Positions 60,497 to 64,000 of a stretch of 64,000 bases of DNA are shown piece by piece (the first letter of the stretch is position 1; every line of letters starts with the position of its first letter). The stretch is from a bacterium (lineage in GTDB: Bacteria > UBA8248 > JACPRG01 > G963555815). The position numbers were made by a program, and so were the translations under genes. The stretch is from positions 1,888,001 through 1,952,000 of the forward strand of contig OZ244653.1 in assembly GCA_965218795.1 (NCBI GenBank). The letters run 5' to 3'. A model generated the notes under the pieces. That model saw nothing but the letters and a program-made list of their open reading frames with translations, was not told the origin of the DNA and made no database searches.

Positions 60497-62781
60497 GAGC
60501 CGTTCCTCTTTTTCTTTCCCAAAGCCGCCAGCACCTTGTCAGGCGTAATGGGGAGGTCGTGAATCCGGACACCGATGGCATCATAGACCGCGTTCGCAAT
60601 CGCCGCGGCCGTGGGGATCTGCACGAACTCACCGACGCCCTTGGCGCCGAAGGGGCCTTCCTCCTCCCGGGTCTCCACGATGATGGTCTGCATCTCGGGC
60701 ATGTCCGTCACCTGGGGCAGGCGGTACTCCAACAGCGACGGATTCAGCATCAACCCGTCGCGCGCGTAAAAGCCTTCCATCAGGGCCTGACCGAGCCCGC
60801 CGGAGACCGAGCCTTCCACCTGGCCTTCAACGGCCGTCGGATTGATGGCCACGCCGCAATCGATGGCGCTGCTCATCCGCGTCACCTTCACGTGCCCCGA
60901 CTCCAGGTTGACGTCTACCTCCGCTACCTGGGCCCCGAAGCTGTAAGCGGGCGAGGTGTTGCCCACGCCGGTTTCCCGGTTCAGCCGGTCGGTCTGCGGG
61001 TTATACGCCCCCCTTCCCACAATGGGCGTTCCGGACACCTGGTTGAAATTGTGCTGAATCACCTCTTCCACGGTCGCCCTGACGTCGGGGGCCGCCTCGA
61101 CCCTCGCGAATCCGTTTTCGAACACGATATCCTCTGCAGCCGCCTCCAGGAGATCGGCCGCCGCTTCCAGCAACTGCTCCTTGGCATCAGTGGCGGCCCG
61201 CTTGACAGCGTTGCCGGCGATGAAGGTGACACGGCTCGCGTAGGACCCCAGGTCCATCGGGGTCACCTCGGTGTCCGCCGTCGTCATTTCAATCTTGTGA
61301 TAGGGGATCCCCAGTTCCTCGGCCGCAATCATGGCCAGCACGGTGTCGGACCCTTGGCCTACGTCCGACGCCCCCGTCAGAACGTTCGCCGTACCGTCGT
61401 CATTGAGCTTCACCATCGCGGCCGATGAATCGTGCGGAAGGAGCGATTTGAAGCCGCAGGTATGGTGTCCGCAGGCGAGGCCGATGCCCTTGCCGAATGG
61501 AAGCTTGCCCCACTGCTCCTGAAACCGGGTAGCCTCGCTCACTTGTTCCATGCACTCCTTCAGTCCGCAGGATGTAATTACCGCTTCGTTGGGAGTGATG
61601 TCTCCCTCTTCGCGCAGGTTGATGCGTCGGAACTCCACAGGATCCATGCCGATTTCGGTGGCGATGATGTCCATCTGGCTGTCGTCGGCAAATCTCATCT
61701 GCGGGTTGCCGAATCCGCGGAAGGCGCTCCCGGGAGGATTATTCGTATAGACGAGGTACCCGTCGAAGTGAATGTTCGGGGTCCGGTACAGGACGGTGAT
61801 GTAGTTGGGGCATGAGGCCAGGATATCCGGTCCCCGTCCATTGTACGCCCCGTTTTCCATGATCATGTGGCAGTCTTTGGCGATGACGCGGCCGTCCTGG
61901 GTCACACCGGTCTTGAGCGTGATCTTCGTCGGATGACGCTGGCGGGTGGCCGAGAAGACCTCCTCCCGCGTATACGTCACCTTGACCGGACGGCCGGTCT
62001 TCGTGGCGAGGATGGCTGCCGAAAAGTCATTGGCCATCATCTCGCGCTTGCCGCCGAACGCGCCTCCCACCTTCGGCTTAATGACGCGAACGCGCGTCAA
62101 GGGTAATTGAAGGGTCTTGGCCATGTTGGACTGCACGAGAAACGGCGTTTGGCATGAAGACCAGACCGTGATCTTTCCGACCGGGTCGTACTCGGCCACT
62201 GACGCGTGGGGTTCAATGGCCGCATGATTCACGAGCTGCGTCTCGAAGGAATGCTCAAAGAAATATTCGGCCTCGGCAAACCCCTTTTCCACATCACCGT
62301 AGGTCAGATGGGTGCGGCGGGAGATGTTCCGGGACGCGTCATAGATATCGTCATTCTGCTCATGGATGACGGGCGCGCCCTCCCGCATGGCTTTGACGGG
62401 GTCTTGGACCGATGGGAGGACCTCGTAGTCGACATCGATATATTCGAGAGCGGCTTCCGCTGTTTCCTCGTCAGTCGCGGCAACCGCCGCTACCTCGTCC
62501 CCGATGAACCGGACCTTGTCCATCGCCAGCCCGTACTCGTCGGGAATGGTTCCGTAACTGATCCCGGGAGTGTCCTTGCCGAATACGACGGCCCGGACGC
62601 CGGGGAGGGCCAAGGCGCGATCGGCATTGACGTTCAGAATACGGGCGTGTGCGTGGGGGCTTCGCAGGAGCTTCCCGTACAACATGCCCGGTAAATAGAA
62701 ATCATCGGCGTATTTTGCATCGCCGGTGACCTTCTGGAGCCCGTCATTGCGGGGCAGCCGCTTCCCGATGGCCGTTGTCAT
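60493..62781 (-). CDS. Xanthine dehydrogenase family molybdopterin-binding subunit
   Basis: GGAFGGK, AFRGFG, GQG, YASR, GAKGVGE. Confidence 0.93.
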   Translation of the reverse strand: MTTAIGKRLPRNDGLQKVTGDAKYADDFYLPGMLYGKLLRSPHAHARILNVNADRALALPGVRAVVFGKDTPGISYGTIPDEYGLAMDKVRFIGDEVAAVAATDEETAEAALEYIDVDYEVLPSVQDPVKAMREGAPVIHEQNDDIYDASRNISRRTHLTYGDVEKGFAEAEYFFEHSFETQLVNHAAIEPHASVAEYDPVGKITVWSSCQTPFLVQSNMAKTLQLPLTRVRVIKPKVGGAFGGKREMMANDFSAAILATKTGRPVKVTYTREEVFSATRQRHPTKITLKTGVTQDGRVIAKDCHMIMENGAYNGRGPDILASCPNYITVLYRTPNIHFDGYLVYTNNPPGSAFRGFGNPQMRFADDSQMDIIATEIGMDPVEFRRINLREEGDITPNEAVITSCGLKECMEQVSEATRFQEQWGKLPFGKGIGLACGHHTCGFKSLLPHDSSAAMVKLNDDGTANVLTGASDVGQGSDTVLAMIAAEELGIPYHKIEMTTADTEVTPMDLGSYASRVTFIAGNAVKRAATDAKEQLLEAAADLLEAAAEDIVFENGFARVEAAPDVRATVEEVIQHNFNQVSGTPIVGRGAYNPQTDRLNRETGVGNTSPAYSFGAQVAEVDVNLESGHVKVTRMSSAIDCGVAINPTAVEGQVEGSVSGGLGQALMEGFYARDGLMLNPSLLEYRLPQVTDMPEMQTIIVETREEEGPFGAKGVGEFVQIPTAAAIANAVYDAIGVRIHDLPITPDKVLAALGKKKRNGS

Positions 62782-63022
62782 CCGCTTCTCCCCTTCTCAT
62801 ATAGAGGGATTCCGTCGCATCCAGCTCCAAGCGGGAATCACATGTTTCGATCTGACCTTGGGCCCGAACGGAGAATAAGACCCACTCATACCGAAGAAAC
62901 CCTGGAGGATGGAGTAGCCTGTTGCGAAATAAGTACTCTTGTCCGGCGCCCCCAATCCATCATTCACGTTGATTGTACTGGATCAAAGGCCGATCTTTCA
63001 ATCGATAATGGGTCTTCGCGGC

Positions 63023-64000
63023 TCATCCGGTCACCATGCCCAACAGCCGCTCACCTGCATCGCGCAGGGTCTCCTCTTTTTTCGAGAAGGTGAAACGGAC
63101 AAAATCCTTCCCCAGACCGTGCGTGTGGTAAAAACTGCTTCCCGGGACTGTTGCCACGCCGTGTTCCCGCACCAGCCGCATGGCGAAATCGACATCATCC
63201 TTCGCGTCAAAACCGGACACATCCGCCATGATGTAATAAGCGCCTTGGGGCTCGATGAAGGGAAACTCCGCTCTCCGCAAATAATGCTGCAAGAATCCCC
63301 GCTTCTCCTCATACATCGATGAGAGCCCTTCGTAGTAGGAATCAGGGAGGGAGAGAGCGACCGCCGCGGCTTCCTGTAGCGGAGCGGCGGCTCCAACGGT
63401 CAGGAAGTCGTGAACCTTGCGAATTCCATCGGTGATGGGTGGCGGAGCCAGGACATACCCAACCCTCCACCCCGTGACGCTGTACGTTTTCGACAAACTG
63501 TTGATGGTGACGGTCCGCTCCCGCATGCCGTCGATTGCGGCCAGGCTGATGTGCCTTCTCCCATCAAAAATGATGTGTTCGTAGACCTCATCCGTCACAG
63601 CTACGAGGTTGAACTCAACGCAGAGATCCCGAATCCGCTCCAGCTCCTCCAGGGTGAAAACGTGGCCGGTGGGGTTATGCGGAGTATTGACGATGATCGT
63701 CTTGGTCGAGGGACCAATAGCCGCTCTCAAATCGTCCGGGTCAAAAGTAAATTCCGGAGCGCGAAGAGGGACAAACTTCGGAACCGACCCGCTCAGAATC
63801 GTATCGGGTCCGTAATTCTCGTAGAACGGCTCAAAAACAACGACCTCATCCCCCGGGTTCAGCAGAGCCATAAGCGTTGCGATCATCCCCTCCGTGGCGC
63901 CGCAGACAACGGTAACCTCCTCTTCGGGATGAATGTCAAAGCCATTGAACCGGGCGGTTTTCCGCGCGATGGCCTCGCGAATGCTCTGTGCTCCCCACGT
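63023..64000 (-). CDS. Class I/II PLP aminotransferase, 5' end beyond window
   Basis: Open from the right edge: CGATEG, NTPHNPTG, DEVY, SLSKTYSVTGWRVG. Confidence 0.9.
   Translation of the reverse strand, partial: TWGAQSIREAIARKTARFNGFDIHPEEEVTVVCGATEGMIATLMALLNPGDEVVVFEPFYENYGPDTILSGSVPKFVPLRAPEFTFDPDDLRAAIGPSTKTIIVNTPHNPTGHVFTLEELERIRDLCVEFNLVAVTDEVYEHIIFDGRRHISLAAIDGMRERTVTINSLSKTYSVTGWRVGYVLAPPPITDGIRKVHDFLTVGAAAPLQEAAAVALSLPDSYYEGLSSMYEEKRGFLQHYLRRAEFPFIEPQGAYYIMADVSGFDAKDDVDFAMRLVREHGVATVPGSSFYHTHGLGKDFVRFTFSKKEETLRDAGERLLGMVTG

Noticed and set aside
58938-62781. Naming as hcrCBA
   Set aside because: Only the FAD-subunit insert supports it; context lacks benzoyl-CoA pathway genes

Overview
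A GC-rich bacterial window in two parts. 1-40 kb is a mosaic accessory and defence region. It starts with an unannotated HEPN-motif gene running off the left edge, a helicase-less Type IIG/ISP-like restriction-modification fusion, a MOBF-type oriT, an RHH gene and a RecD2 helicase with a foreign C-terminal tail. These are followed by an intact IS3 inside a truncated cyclase, a DUF1302-DUF1329-BNR-RND/MMPL cluster, REP-like composite repeats, a DAK2-DegV gene and a nest of IS3/IS30/IS21/IS481 remnants. Further right are an AAA-ATPase/TOPRIM-like pair, a decayed integrase beside a degenerate tRNA-fMet 3' half, a Type I (EcoAI/EcoEI-like) RM system with a Zn-ribbon/TIGR02391 gene, a DUF4338-carrying IS66-like end with a tandem MITE, and a Panacea antitoxin pair. 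40-64 kb is intact metabolic DNA: creatininase, deaminase, a DtxR/MntR regulator followed by a divergent secreted di-heme protein and a PhnDCE-like ABC importer (best candidate for an undescribed system), SDR, UbiD, YjbQ, pntAB, a flagellin remnant, aquaporin-arsC, and an aminotransferase/molybdo-flavoenzyme (HcrB-like FAD subunit) run. All family calls come from motif recognition by eye; no database searches were run.
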